Assembly: GCF_009834535.1 (NCBI RefSeq)
Contig: NC_045697.1
Location: 32,862,001 to 32,926,000 of the forward strand
Source: Camelus ferus
Taxonomy: Eukaryota
Direction: 5' to 3'
DNA length: 64,000 nt
The notes below the pieces were generated by a model that was not told where the DNA came from, did not search any database, and was given only the letters and a program-made list of their open reading frames with translations. Below, in pieces: positions 51,509 through 63,690 of this stretch. The stretch's first letter is position 1. Each line of letters opens with the position of its first letter. Made by a program: the position numbers and the translations under genes.

Positions 51509-51739
51509 GGAATAAAATAATCATTATAATGTAGAGAAACAACTGTGCTTTATCAGTATTATGTATTTTGACTGATCTCTCAGCATATCTGAAATCATAG
51601 GATCTTGGAATGGGAGAGAAACTTTGAGCTAATTTGGCCAAAATCTCCACCTACATGTTGTTATAAAGTATAATAACAGAACCCAAATGATTCACATGTA
51701 TAATCTTCCAAAATCCAATATAATATTATCTAATTTTAT

Positions 51740-51855
51740 ATATAACAGTATGAGGCTCAGAGAAGTAAATGACTCCTCCAGGACGACCTGGGTGGTAGTC
51801 ACTGAGCCTCTGAATTCAGTACCATTTGAATTCAAAGTCCATTGCATTTCTATTA
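51740..51855 (-). mobile_element. MIR SINE
   Basis: tgaggctcagagaagtaaatgactcctccagg..tgaattcaaagtccat. Confidence 0.6.
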
Positions 51856-52302
51856 GGTTAGACGGGTTTTCTTTAATGCCGCTTGCAAATACTTAGACAT
51901 TTTTGGTAATGCAAAGGCCATTAACTGAAAACTGTATATATTTTAACATCTCTGTTAGGAAGGGCTTCCATGTTTTGAATGGGATCTTACCATGTGTCTT
52001 GCCTTCTAGACCTACGTTTTCATGTCGGCTCTTCAAACACTTGAAGCTAGCTATTTGATCCAAAATGTTTTCTCTCTCTCTTTCTCTCCCTCTCTCTCTC
52101 TCTTTTAAATGTTTGCCATGGGAATTATTCCTTCTCTCATTATTGTTTCTTACTGATGTTCTCTGGCTAAGCTGTTCATTGGTCTGTGGCTTCTTGTTTC
52201 TAGGACCAGTGTTAAGAGGGAACGCTTTGCAGCAGCTTTGCACTGACTGAGGAAAGCTACTTAGGGGTTTCTAGTGCTTAGCTTGAAGAAAATGAAGAAC
52301 AA

Positions 52303-52564
52303 GCTCAAGTCACCATCAAATGTTCCAGGACAGGTAGTTTTTGGAGACCAGTTCTACCAAATGGTCAGGGCAAACTCATCACCATCTTATATCAACTCTT
52401 CCAAACATATGAAAAGACGCGCAATTGTTCAACTCATTCTCCCAGGCTAGCTATCTTTCAAAAAATATATGTGTATATATATACATGACTGGGGCATTAT
52501 GCTGCACATCAGAAATTGATATATTGTAACTGACTGTACGTCAATAAAAATAATAAATTAAAAA
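52303..52564 (+). mobile_element. Chimeric L1 insertion: diverged ORF2 RT-region fragment (about 52310-52452) joined to a camelid-type 3' tail (about 52460-52564)
   Basis: 17-bp TSD aagaaaatgaagaacaa (52286-52302) / aagagaatgaagaacaa (52565-52581). ccaggacaggtagttt..ttctaccaaa..aactcttccaaa..aactcattct..aggctagc corresponds to PGPDGF..FYQ..LFQ..NSF.EAS. Confidence 0.8.
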
Positions 52565-52817
52565 AAGAGAATGAAGAACAATACATTTGATCATTGCCTT
52601 TCAAAAAAAAAGGTACAGGGGAAATGTATTGCATTCAGGTTTTTCTGTTTCATTAAAAAAGGAGAGTCTAATGACTAGGGGAAGACTATGAGAATTTAAC
52701 ATGTATGACTACATTATAACAATAATTTAAAATGTATAAAATAAAAAATAAGTCCTAAAATGTACTTGTTATTTTCCATTCAAGGCAAAATTTCACTTTA
52801 ATTTCTTGCATAGAAAG

Positions 52818-52851
52818 AAAAGGACTATAAAATGTATTTTATAGTCCTTTT
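52818..52851. repeat. Perfect inverted repeat, 16-bp arms with a 2-nt spacer
   Basis: aaaaggactataaaat-gt-attttatagtcctttt. Confidence 0.95.
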
Positions 52852-53562
52852 TTTCTTATAATCAATTTTATTGAGATAAATATAAGTTAAGATAAATAAG
52901 TTATATAACTTTTGCTGGAAAGTTTGTCAAATGTATACACTGGTATCATGATTACCTCAGTCGAGATAAAAACAAAGTTACCTCATGACTCTCTGCAGAC
53001 AGTCTTACTCAGCCCTCTGCTCTTAGTAACTATTAATCTGATTTCTATCATTATAGATTAAGCAGTTCTAAATATTCATATAAACGGAACCATACAGTAT
53101 GCCCTCTTTTGAGTCTGTCTCCTTTCAATCATCATAATGAAGGTGAGATTCATTCTTGTGCACATTCTTTCTTATTACTGAGCAGTATTCTTTTGTGTGA
53201 ATTAGCCACATGTATTTATTCACACAATAAATGAAATTTGAATTGTTTCCAGCTTTAGAATATTGTGAATAAAATTGTTATAAATATTCAGGTACTAGAG
53301 TTTTTGTAGACATATGTTTATAAGTCTCTTAAGTATATACTTGGCAGTGAAATGGCTGAGTTTATATGATTACTGCTTGATTAACTTTATAATAAACTTT
53401 CAAACTGGGTTTCAAAGTAGTTGTATCATTTCACACCCCCATCAGCGATATAGGACAGACCAAATTGTTCCATTTCCTTGCCAATTATTTTTGTTTTAGC
53501 AATTTTAATCTGTGTGAAACAGATTGCACTATGTTTTAATTTCATTTTTCTTATCTCTAATG

Positions 53563-53879
53563 GTTTTTAAAACCATTTTATTAAGGTGTGATTGACATTC
53601 AAAAAGCTGTGTATATTTCATGTACACAACTTGATGAATTTGGAGATAGGTATACATCTGTGAAACTATTACCACAACCTATGCCATAAACATATTCATC
53701 ACCTTTTATCTTCTTTATTATTATCAATATTAATATTATTATTAGCAATAGGAACACTTAAGTTCTACCCTCCTAGCAAAATTTTAAGTGTACAGTACAA
53801 TATTACTAACTATATGACATAAGGTGTGAAATAAACCTCTAGGATTTTTTAATCTTGCATAACTGAAACTTTGAAACTT
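53563..53879 (-). mobile_element. Nested L1MA-like 3' end (L1MA9-like)
   Basis: ttttattaaggtgtgattgac..tctaccctcctagcaaaattttaagtgtacagtaca..tcttgcataactgaaactttg interrupts host text ctaatgg / tgaacattttttcat. Confidence 0.75.
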
Positions 53880-55987
53880 CTGAACATTTTTTCATCTTAT
53901 TGGCCATTGATTTATCTTCTTGTGTCAACTGTCTATAGAAGTCATTAGTCTGGTATTTACTGGGTTGTTTGTCATTTTATTAATAATCTGTAGGAGTCTG
54001 TTGTATATTATAGACGTATGTCCTCTGGTACTTGCATTCTTAGTATTTCCTCATTTGTACTTTACATTTATATTCTATTGAAAAGAGAAAAATAATAATT
54101 TTTACAAAGTCTAATTCATCATTTAGTTTTGATAGTTTTTTGTGATAAGAATTATTTTTCTACCCCAATTTTTAAAAATATTTTCTCATGTTTTTTTTCT
54201 AGAAGTATTTTGAATTTCATTTTTATATTTGGGTTTATTTATGATCAATTTAGAGTCAATTTTTGAGTATGGTATGAAGTTGGGATTGAGATTCTTTTAC
54301 CATTGTTATGGACATCTGATTCTTTTATAACTGTTTGTTGGAAAGAGTATCCTTTCTCCTCTGAACTTCCTTAGCAGCTTTTTGGAAAATCAATTCTCCA
54401 TAGACCTGTGATTCTCTTTCAAGGCACACTATTCTGTTCCATTGACCTTTATCTCCTTTTACCATTATATCTCTGTCTTGATATCTGTAGCTTTATAGTT
54501 TTGAAATTAAGTTGTGTAAATCTTTTGACTTTGCTCTTTTCAAGGTCATTTTGGCTCTTTCGGGTCCATTGGATTTTCATACGAATTTTCAGTACCAAGC
54601 TAACAATTTATCCTAAAATATCTTGCTATGTTTCTTTAGAATTTATAGACGACTTTGTGGAGAATTTATATCTTAAAACTATTTAGTTTTCCAATTTATG
54701 AACATAGTATAATAATATTCAGTATCTTAACCTTCATATGATGCTAGTTGATACTTTAATAGATGTTCTATACAAACTTGAGGAGGTTACATTTTACTCT
54801 AATTTTCTCAGTGATGTTGTCATGAATATTCAATTCATGTTGAATTATTTGTCATCCACTAAGATAATAATATGTTCTTATCTCTCTTGTTTTGTTAAAA
54901 TGCTGAAATACAGTTGCTTAATTTTCAAAATTTTCACCAACTATTTTTCCTGGGATGAAACTCAGTGGGTCATAATATCAGTTTCATGTGTTGTTGGACT
55001 TGAATAAAATTTTGTTGAGGATTCGGCATCTAAATTCTATAGCTATATAGGTCTCTATTTAACTTTTGTAATACGTGTATCAATCTTTTAGTATCAGACT
55101 TATGCTGACTTCACAATGAATTAGAGAATATCCCTCCTCTGTTTTATGAAAGAGTTTGAGTAAAAGTTTACCTAAATTTTTCCTAAATTTTCTTCAGTAT
55201 TCATCAGTGAAAATATTTGTGCCATATATTTTCCTCATATGGAGGTTTTATTTTCTCATTTAAATAAAAATTCTATTTCTTTAACATATATATGTCTATT
55301 CATTTTTAAAATTCATTTTTGGATTATGCTTGCTAAATGTGTTTTTTAAAAAGAAATGTGTCCATTTCAATTAAGTTGTTGAACATATTTTTATAAATTG
55401 TTCATTATAATCCCCTAATTTTCATAGCATCTATGGTGATCATCACTATTCCATTCCTGACATTGGTAATATGTGTTTTTTTTTTCCCATCCATTTTTTT
55501 GATTATAATCTGTAAAGATGTATCAAGTTTATTGATTTTTTTTTCAGAAAAAAAACCAGCTTTGGATTATAACATTTTTATAACTGTCTTTTTTTTATTA
55601 TTATTTCATTGATTTCTGCCCCTCTCATTATTATATGTGGTCTGTAAATATCACATGCCAATCTGGTTGATAGTATTGATCAGATGTTCTACAGCCTTAT
55701 TGGATTTTGTCTACTTGTTTTATTACTTACTCTGAAATGAATGTTAAAATCTCTGACCATGAGTTTTTTCCTTTTTCCTTTTCTCTATTTTGAAGCTTTT
55801 CTCATTTATGTCTTCCTGATGGATAGATGCATTTTTCATTATAACAAGTTACTTTCTATTTCTCAAAATCTGCTTTGTATTACTTTACTGTAGCCACATA
55901 AACTTACACATGTTTGGTTCCACATTTTATATATCTTTATATTTTTTAATGTAATCCTATTTTCACTTTTACAATTTTAAGTACAAA

Positions 55988-56434
55988 TGACAAACACTTC
56001 CTTCTTGACCAGACGTTAGCCAGGGTCTTCTGGTCCCTCTTCTTGACTAGGCCTCAACTTTGGCAGCTTCCCTGCCCTTGACCGGCCCAGCCCAGTTTTA
56101 ACAAAGAATGCTGCTAAGTCACTTTAGCAAGAATCCTCCCATCTTTGCTATTTGATTAATTTCCTCATCCTCACCACTGATGTCTAAGTCTTTGGCCTGC
56201 TTTTAGCAATAGTCCTGTGAAAGACTATCAAGAATCTTCCTACCCTTGATATATCTTCTTTGTGATTTCCCTCCTGCTGACTCCCTTGCTCTGCTAATTG
56301 GCTATAAATCCTCACCTATCTTTGCTGTATTCAGAGTTGAACTCAGTTCTAAACTGAGTGTTTCTCCTGTATGCAACAGATCAAATAAAATGTGTTGTGC
56401 CATTTCTGGTATATATTGTTTTTTCTCTTTTGCA
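55988..56434 (+). mobile_element. ERV1 solo LTR (MER31-like) nested in the L1
   Basis: tgacaaacac..cttgaccagac..gactaggcctcaac, repeated tttagcaagaatcc units, ctataaat TATA, aataaa, CA end. Confidence 0.75.
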
Positions 56435-56655
56435 CCTCTTGTAGAAAACTTGTAGGGACTTGCTTTTAGGTGTAGTCTAATACTGTTGGCCTTCTAATTG
56501 GAGAATTTAGTCCATTTGTGATGTAAGTATTATGTCTTACCGTTGATTTTCCATTTGACTGTACTGCTTTTATTTCTTAGTTGCAACTTTACTTCTTTTT
56601 AGTCATTTTTTTTTCCTTCAGTATTCTAGGAGAATTCTTTATGTTGGACTTTTTA

Positions 56656-56714
56656 TATCTATCTTTCCTATCTATCTATCGATCGATTGATCTACCTATC
56701 TATCTATCTATCTA
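56656..56714. repeat. Interrupted (TATC)n / GATA tetranucleotide repeat
   Basis: Directly visible. Confidence 0.9.
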
Positions 56715-57020
56715 GTTATATATCCATCCTTTTCTCTGATCACTCCAGGTATTATATGATGCATTTTTAACTTACTAGAATCTGATGCAGAATTAATAGT
56801 GTACCATTTGATCCCACATCTCACTTCACTTCTGAAACTATACTTCTTATTTACTACTACACACTAAAATGTTCACATTTGTATCACTTACAAGACTATA
56901 TATTTCCATCTCCCTTCATACTCTTCTTGCTGTTACAGTCATATAGTTGTGCTCATTTTATAATGCTACTATTTGTATTTAAAGTATAATTATCTTTAAG
57001 GAAAAATACATGAGGAAAAA

Positions 57021-57554
57021 CACTGAAGTTTGATTTAAAAGTAAATTCTTGTCATTAAGACTTTTAAAAAGAAATCCAGAAACCCTTTTTTTCTGTAAAA
57101 AACAAAGTTCAGAAGTATTTCTTATGCATTTGCTTTAAGATCCAGTTCTTAACTTTGTAAACCACAACTAAGAGACTTAGCCCTTCAGTGTTTTTTGTGT
57201 GTATTTAGTTTATTTTTATTTTAACTTGGTTAAGAGGACAGTGAAAATGATTTTCTGGTATTCTTATTCATTTGGTTATATTTGTATAAAATTCTAATTG
57301 CCAGTTGCTCAGATAACAAGTGACAAGGCAGAATTCTTTAAAGTATTAAAGTTACTTAAACCTAAGGCTAAATCTTGAATACATTATTGAATTCTTTAAT
57401 ATTCTTACGGCTGGCAGATTGACAGCTGCACATTTGGCATGTTTTTTAAAATTTTATTTTGCATTGCAGATTTATTTGGCAATGCACAGTAAATTCTGTG
57501 AATTATATCAAGTTTATGAATAAAGAACCACTTAAAAAACTTTAAAAAAAAAAA
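57021..57554 (+). pseudogene. Probable processed-pseudogene fragment (mRNA 3' UTR with polyA), parent gene not identified
   Basis: About 530 bp of non-L1 sequence interrupting the host L1, with AATAAA at 57519-57524 and A11 starting 19 nt later. Host L1 text resumes at tttacccac. Confidence 0.6.
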
Positions 57555-58118
57555 GTTTACCCACCTATATATCTCTCCCAGTGCCTTTCTTTTCTTCCTT
57601 AAATCTGATATTTCATTTTATATCATTTCTTGTAATGAAGTTCTGTTGGTTACCAATTCTCTCAATTATCTGAAAATGTCTTTATTTTAAAATCATTTAT
57701 AGGATATTTTTATTGGCTATAGACTTTTTTCCAGCACTTTGTCTTATCATGGTATTCTGGCCTCCACAGTTTCTGATGATAAACTTATGCATTGTCTTTT
57801 TAAACTCTGATTGGTTTCAAGATTTTCTCTTTGTTATTGGTTTTAAGCAGTGTGAGAAACATGTACCTATATGTAGCTCTTTTTATTTGTCTTCCGATGG
57901 GATTTGTAGAAGGTCTTGGATAATCAAATGTTCTTATACAGGTGAAGAATTCTTACTGTCTATAAGTGAATCTTCAGACTTTATTGTGCCACAATTATTT
58001 TGTTAAGGTCAAAAATTTCTATTCTTGTTTTCTAACACAAATTGTCTATAACGTTAGTTATCACAGTGAATATTTTTACTATTTACAGCACAATAATTTG
58101 AATCGTGGATTTGAGTTC

Positions 58119-58348
58119 ATTTTTATTTTTAATTGAAGTATATAGTTCATTACAATGTCGTGTTAGTTTCTGGTATACAGCATAGTGATTCAGCTTCATA
58201 TATATATATAATATATATATATTTCTCTTTCATATTCTTTTTCATTATAGGTTATTATAAGATATTGAATACAGTCCCCTGTGGTATACAGTGAGACCTT
58301 GTTATTTATCTGTTATGTATATAATAGTTTTTATCTTCTAATCCCAAA
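58119..58348 (-). mobile_element. Short L1 3' fragment (camelid/cetartiodactyl-type)
   Basis: ttttaattgaagtatatagttcattacaatgtcgtgttagtttctggtatacagcatagtgattcag..ctaatcccaaa, homologous to 14309-14543. Confidence 0.85.
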
Positions 58349-58479
58349 GTTAGCTTTAATCACGTTATTGATTAAGCAAAAGGAAGATGAATGGTCCCCA
58401 GGACTGGACTAAGACTTGCTCCCCCTAGGTGTTCCCAGAGCCTCTCACACTTAAACTGGTGACAGCACTTATGTGGAAA

Positions 58480-58640
58480 TATATTCTTTATAGTTGCCTT
58501 GCTTCTGAATTCCATAGCAAAATAGTTACAGTAAGAAGCTATGACTTTGTCTGTTACTGTTTTCTCATTCTGTAGATTGGAAGGTACATTAGGCATTCAG
58601 TAACATATTGTTGAATGAATAAGTAAATGGATGAATAGGA
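58480..58640 (+). mobile_element. LINE-2 3' end
   Basis: taggcattcagtaacatattgttgaatgaataagtaaatggatgaa. Confidence 0.55.
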
Positions 58641-61149
58641 TGTTAACAGTCCTCTAACCCATAATTCTGTAACTTAAGGCTATGTGTGTGGGAAATAAAT
58701 GTGGGGAATGTGGGGAAATAAATTATAACCAGATATACAAACCCTATCTCAAGAAGTCCTTTATATTTCACCTTTCTGTCAAGGGTATTATACCTTCCCA
58801 TTGATGCTTGCCCCTTTTGTGGGATTTTTTTTTTCATTTCTTGTTTAGCTCTGTGCATAAGAGATAAACTAGCATTGGATTGTTATTTCTATTAAAATAG
58901 AAAGTAAGTAGCCTTTTGTGATTGTTCTCTGGGTCCATTCTCTAGATTCCGGGAAGGGGTAAGATCCCAGAGTCTAGACTCAACAGATGTTTTGTAGGCA
59001 GCAGTGTCACTAAGCCCCCTTATTAGTACTCTATGTGACTTTTTAAAGAATCATGAAAATCTTATTTTCATACAAAGTAGTTTTGGGACTGTATCTTCAG
59101 GACATGTACCCTCGCCACATCCCCAACCACGTTGCTGCTCTGAAGCCTTCCCCCATCCCCACCCAGTAAAGTGATAAAGAAATTCTGGAGGAGCCTCTGG
59201 CAGAAAGCGAATCACTGCCTTGTCTGACCAAATTCCTAACATATTACTAGAACTCCTTTCTCCACCCAAATCATTTTCTGAACCACTGGGGAGACAGGAT
59301 GGAAAATTTTAGTAAAATGTCAAATTTAGTAGCTCAAAATTTTGCCTAAACTTTCTGAAAATGAAATTGCATTAAATTAATATACAATAAGGTGATACTA
59401 AATAAGTGACTTTTTTTCCTAAAGTGATATGCAATTAATGATCCATTTTGTTATGATACATTTGTGATGCATTTCTAATATTTTTCTTAAAAGTAATTAG
59501 AGAAAATATTCTTTGTAGTAAAAGAATCAAGGTTTTAAGTATTTATGGAAAATACTCCAATGTTGAAAAATTAAAGTAAAAAGGTGAGTTAACTTGAAGG
59601 CAAATTCTAAAATTAGATTATCTCCTTTTAGATTTTATAGAAATAATTTTGAGAAAAGAAATTTGTTATATATGAGAGAATACAAAATATGTAATAATTT
59701 CTTTCATTAATTATGGTTATAGCTTCCAAAATAGGAAAACTGATATTACAATTCTAAATCCTAAAATCCTTTGTTTCCTCTAATTAAGGACAGATTGAAT
59801 CTTAGAGATAAAACCTGCAGCACTATAGGCCAGAAGGATCAAGTCAAACTTTATTTGGGCAAATATCAAAAATTCAAGTTAAACATACTTCTGAAAGCTC
59901 AGTTACATGAAACTGAGACTTCTAGAAAGATATGCCTAAAAATTTTTTTGTTGCACATTTTCTTCCATTTTAAAAATATATCTTACTAAGCAAAGGATTT
60001 TCTATGTATCCTAGTATCCTAAAGTATATTCTACTTAGTTCATTTTTAAATGCCAAAGATAAAATATAACTTTGGGGAAATAAGTAAAAAAAAAAACTTA
60101 AGAAACATTTTAAGGATATTGGTCTTCTATACAAAATACTTTTGAATGGCTCTATTAATAAAAAGATGTACTTTGTAAAGACTATGTTTTCCAGTGCAGA
60201 AGTCATAACTCAAAATGAAAATCTGGATATTGGAGGAAAATAATAATCAACCATTATCTCACAAAAGAAAATCACTGTTACTGTTTCAAATCTTTTTACT
60301 ATGTGGTTATAATATATTCCTGAGGATATCATAAAATATTTTGTAGCTTTTCTTTTGCTTAATATTACAAGTAAGCTTTATATAATTTATAAATTATTTC
60401 CAAATATTATTTTAATAATATTTAGTATTTTAATGCACATATTTGGTGACTACATATAATCACACACGCACACACTTACTATCATTTTTCAATATCCACT
60501 GTTTATGTGTGAGAGGACAGAACATTCCTTTCTTCAGGAAAAAAATGAAAATTGAAATTCACAAAGGAAAAAAAAAGACTTTACTTTGCACTGTGATGGG
60601 TAAGGACATCCTTTTGTGCAGAGAATAAAGATGGTATAAATTCGAGAGATTCTGAGAAAACCTCCTTTTCTAGGTGTCTAGAGCTAATCAGATCTGGAAA
60701 CAAGCAGTATAGTGTCCTATCTGAAGTTGGTTACTGGGGCCTTTAGTCTCTTGTCTCCCACTACGTATTATTCTAGGCACACAGTGTGCTCATTTTCCCC
60801 CTTCATGTATTGTTTGGATTTAATGCTGGGCTTTCCATGGTCCTGGGAAATATTTCTATACAAAATTGCTGGCCAATTTTACTTACTCTTCGTGTTTTAT
60901 ATCTTATACTACAGGCTTTATTGATAATGCTAATTCTATCAGAATTTTAATATGCAGCTAATAAAAATGATGATGATAAAAAGCACTTTTAATGTATATA
61001 ACTCTTTTAACTCTCCAAGGTACATTAATATGTAATTTTCATTTTCTTCAACAATGGATGCCAAGTCTCATTTATCTTTGTAATTGATTTAGTGGACAAG
61101 CACATTGACTGCCACACTGTAGACTTAAACAGTAAATGTTGGGAAAATA

Positions 61150-61310
61150 TTACTCACAGAAATCCTGTAAGGTAGGGAGGACAAATGTCATGCTGATTAG
61201 ACAAAAGAGGAAAGTTTTATCAGAGATACTGAACTGATTTATTCAAGACCACACTATTTGTTAATGGCAAAGTTCAGATAAAAAATTACTAAATTTCTAT
61301 TTTCTAGCCT
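61150..61310 (-). mobile_element. MIR SINE
   Basis: aatcctgtaaggtaggg..gaggaaa..tcagaga..tcaagaccacac. Confidence 0.5.
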
Positions 61311-61489
61311 GAGAGATGCTTACATATGCCATCCTTATTGATAGAACTTCACATAAAATTAGTTACAAATAAAGTGTATGTTGTTACTCAACATTTCTTC
61401 TTTTTTAAGGGAACGTAATGTAATTTTGGTTCTAGTTCTATCAATATTAATACCAAATGGTTTCATTTATTTTCAGTCGTGAATGAAAG

Positions 61490-62020
61490 TATCTGGGATT
61501 TTAAATAGGAATGGTTAAGCTGAAAGACAGAGGCAGCGGCATTGAAAGAAGTTTATTTCTTACACTTCCCACCATGTAGAACTATGTGGGGAAGCTCTTG
61601 GACTGATCAGAAGGCAGAAGGAGCCAGGGAAAAGCCAGGACCAGATCCTTTATTGTGTTTTTCACTGGAAAGAATGGGCAAGACAGGATAATCATGCTGA
61701 GTAAGGTTATATGGGATACTTTGAATAATTTTAGTAGTTTTGGCCATAGAGGTGGTCTCTCCTTGTCTGATAGCTGACCCTGGGGTTATTTGAGGTTATT
61801 TGGGGTGTGGGGAATATTGGCCTGTATGAGGTATTTGAAAAAGGAAGTGATGGGCCATCATGGACTCTGGATTGGGTGATTAGCATATCATAGGCATGCT
61901 TCAGGCAAGTTGTAATTTCTTGGAATTATTTGCTCTGAGAGAAGCATAGTCTTCCTGGGTCTACAAGGCTCCAAAATATCAAAACATTATAGTAAACAGA
62001 AAAAAAAAATTAAATAAACA
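61490..62020 (-). mobile_element. ERVL-class solo LTR (MER74-like)
   Basis: Minus strand starts tgtttatttaatttt..ttttgatattttggagccttg, has ccaatccagag and aattattcaaa, and polyA signals (plus-strand tttatt at about 61553 and 61649). Confidence 0.6.
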
Positions 62021-62142
62021 ATGCATGTGTGCAAAATACATTCTCTAAATTCTCAGATCACTTAGAAAATTGAAGATCTCCCTTCTTACATATAGCTCTT
62101 TAGATCTGTCTTGATGAGTAAGAAAAATGGCACAAACTAAAT

Positions 62143-62604
62143 GGTATTAGTTTTCAAGGATTGTCATAATAAAGTACCACAAACTAGATGACTTAAAAGA
62201 ACAGAAATTTATTATTTCACAGTTTAGGGTGCCACAGTCCAATATCAAGGTGTTTGCAGGGCAGCACTCCCTCTGAAAACTGTAGGGGAGTATCCTCCCT
62301 TGCCTTTTCTTAGCCTCTTGTGGTTTCCCAACAATCGCTGACTCCTTGGCTTGCAGGTGCCATGCTTCAGGCTCTGGGTCCATTGTCAGTTAGTGTTCTC
62401 TTCTCATGTGTCTCTTTCTATGGTTCTTCTCTTTTTAGAAGGACTAGAGTCCTGTTGGATTAAGGGCCCATCCTACTCCAAAATGACTTTATTTTAACTA
62501 GTTACATCTGCAGTAATTTCTTTTCCAAATAAAATCACATTCTGAAGTACTGGGGGTTAGGATTTCAATGTATCTTTTTGATGGACACAATTCAGCCCAT
62601 AATA
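62143..62604 (-). mobile_element. MaLR solo LTR, MLT1C-like, full length
   Basis: gtattagttttc..aaagtaccacaaact..tcacattctgaagtactgggggttagga..ggacacaattcagcccataata. Confidence 0.85.
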
Positions 62605-63519
62605 GGCAGTATTCATTTGTTTTTCTTTTTGCTGTTACAGAAAAATAATTTAAATTGAAAATAAATAATATTTTTGTACTGTACAATGCACCTTTTCTCA
62701 AAATAACACCAATCTGTGATTTATGAAAGAACATAAACTAAGGTTACAGCCAACAGTAAGAATGTAATTGGGGTGTGCATATAAACTTTAAATAAATTGC
62801 CTTCCTACCCAATGCTATTAGTTAATTCTTTTGTTTTAATGTAAAGCTAAATCTTCTAAAATTTTAAAAACTATACACTTTTCACTACTACTCCAATACT
62901 AGAGAAGAAATTAGTGTGACTATAATAACTAATATCAAAACTTATTTTGAAAACCATCATTTAACAACATTGTTAAATGAAACATTGTTGTTTTTCCTAA
63001 AATAAGATTTAATGTGGATGGCATACTTAGTAAATTACCATAAAATGTATCTAAGCTTCTAATTTGTTGACAATATCCTTCAAGATACTGAAACAAATAA
63101 GCAGCTGATAAGTAAGAAATAGTCTCTCCACTCAGAAGAAGACAATAAATGGGTGCTTCTGCCTTTTGCATGAATTTAATACGGAAATCTCATCTCTCCT
63201 CCCTGTTCAATGCTATGTTAATGCACTAGAAGTAAGGTTGAGTAATCTACCCAATATTCCATAACGTGATTCTAAGTTTCTAATTCCCTTATCAGAGCTG
63301 ACTTTATACTAATTCTTAAAATATTCTACATCCTTCTGCCAAACTTCTCGTAATTCAAATGTGATATATTTCTCTTAAGTTAAATGTATAAAAATATAGA
63401 TAAGAACACTTCAGATCAATTAACTTCATGCTTTACTTACAAATACCATTCCAGTCTCTTCTCAAGTACTCTGAATAGCATAATTCCCAGCACAAAGATG
63501 ATCACATATGGGTGAAGAG

Positions 63520-63690
63520 GGAGTACTGGCCTGAATTAGAGAACTTGGAATTTAGTTCTGATTTTTCCTCGACTAAGCATAACATCAAACAAATCATATA
63601 ACTGTGGACTTTGATCTTTTTAAATGCTGATTAGAGGCATTAGCTCAATAGTCCCTGGAATTTCATTAAGTGCTTATAGTCTATGATTGT
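63520..63690 (+). mobile_element. MIR/MIR3-like fragment
   Basis: agtactggcctgaattagagaacttggaatttagttctg head and decayed core. Confidence 0.4.

Larger units (their letters stand above)
52848..57935 (-). mobile_element. Long old L1M (3' end through ORF2 to the ORF1 region) hosting several nested insertions
   Basis: Tail ttttattgagataaat, then collinear antisense ORF2 motifs (ttggccattgatttatcttctt, gaaaatcaatt, ttttgttgaggatt, tttcattgatttctgc) and ORF1-end gaaaatgtctttatttt. Confidence 0.8.

Noticed and set aside
290..63171. The many 60-125 aa ORFs in the track as genes
   Set aside because: Length and composition (F/L/I/Y-rich, many non-ATG starts) fit chance ORFs in AT-rich DNA, and most fall inside decayed repeats.
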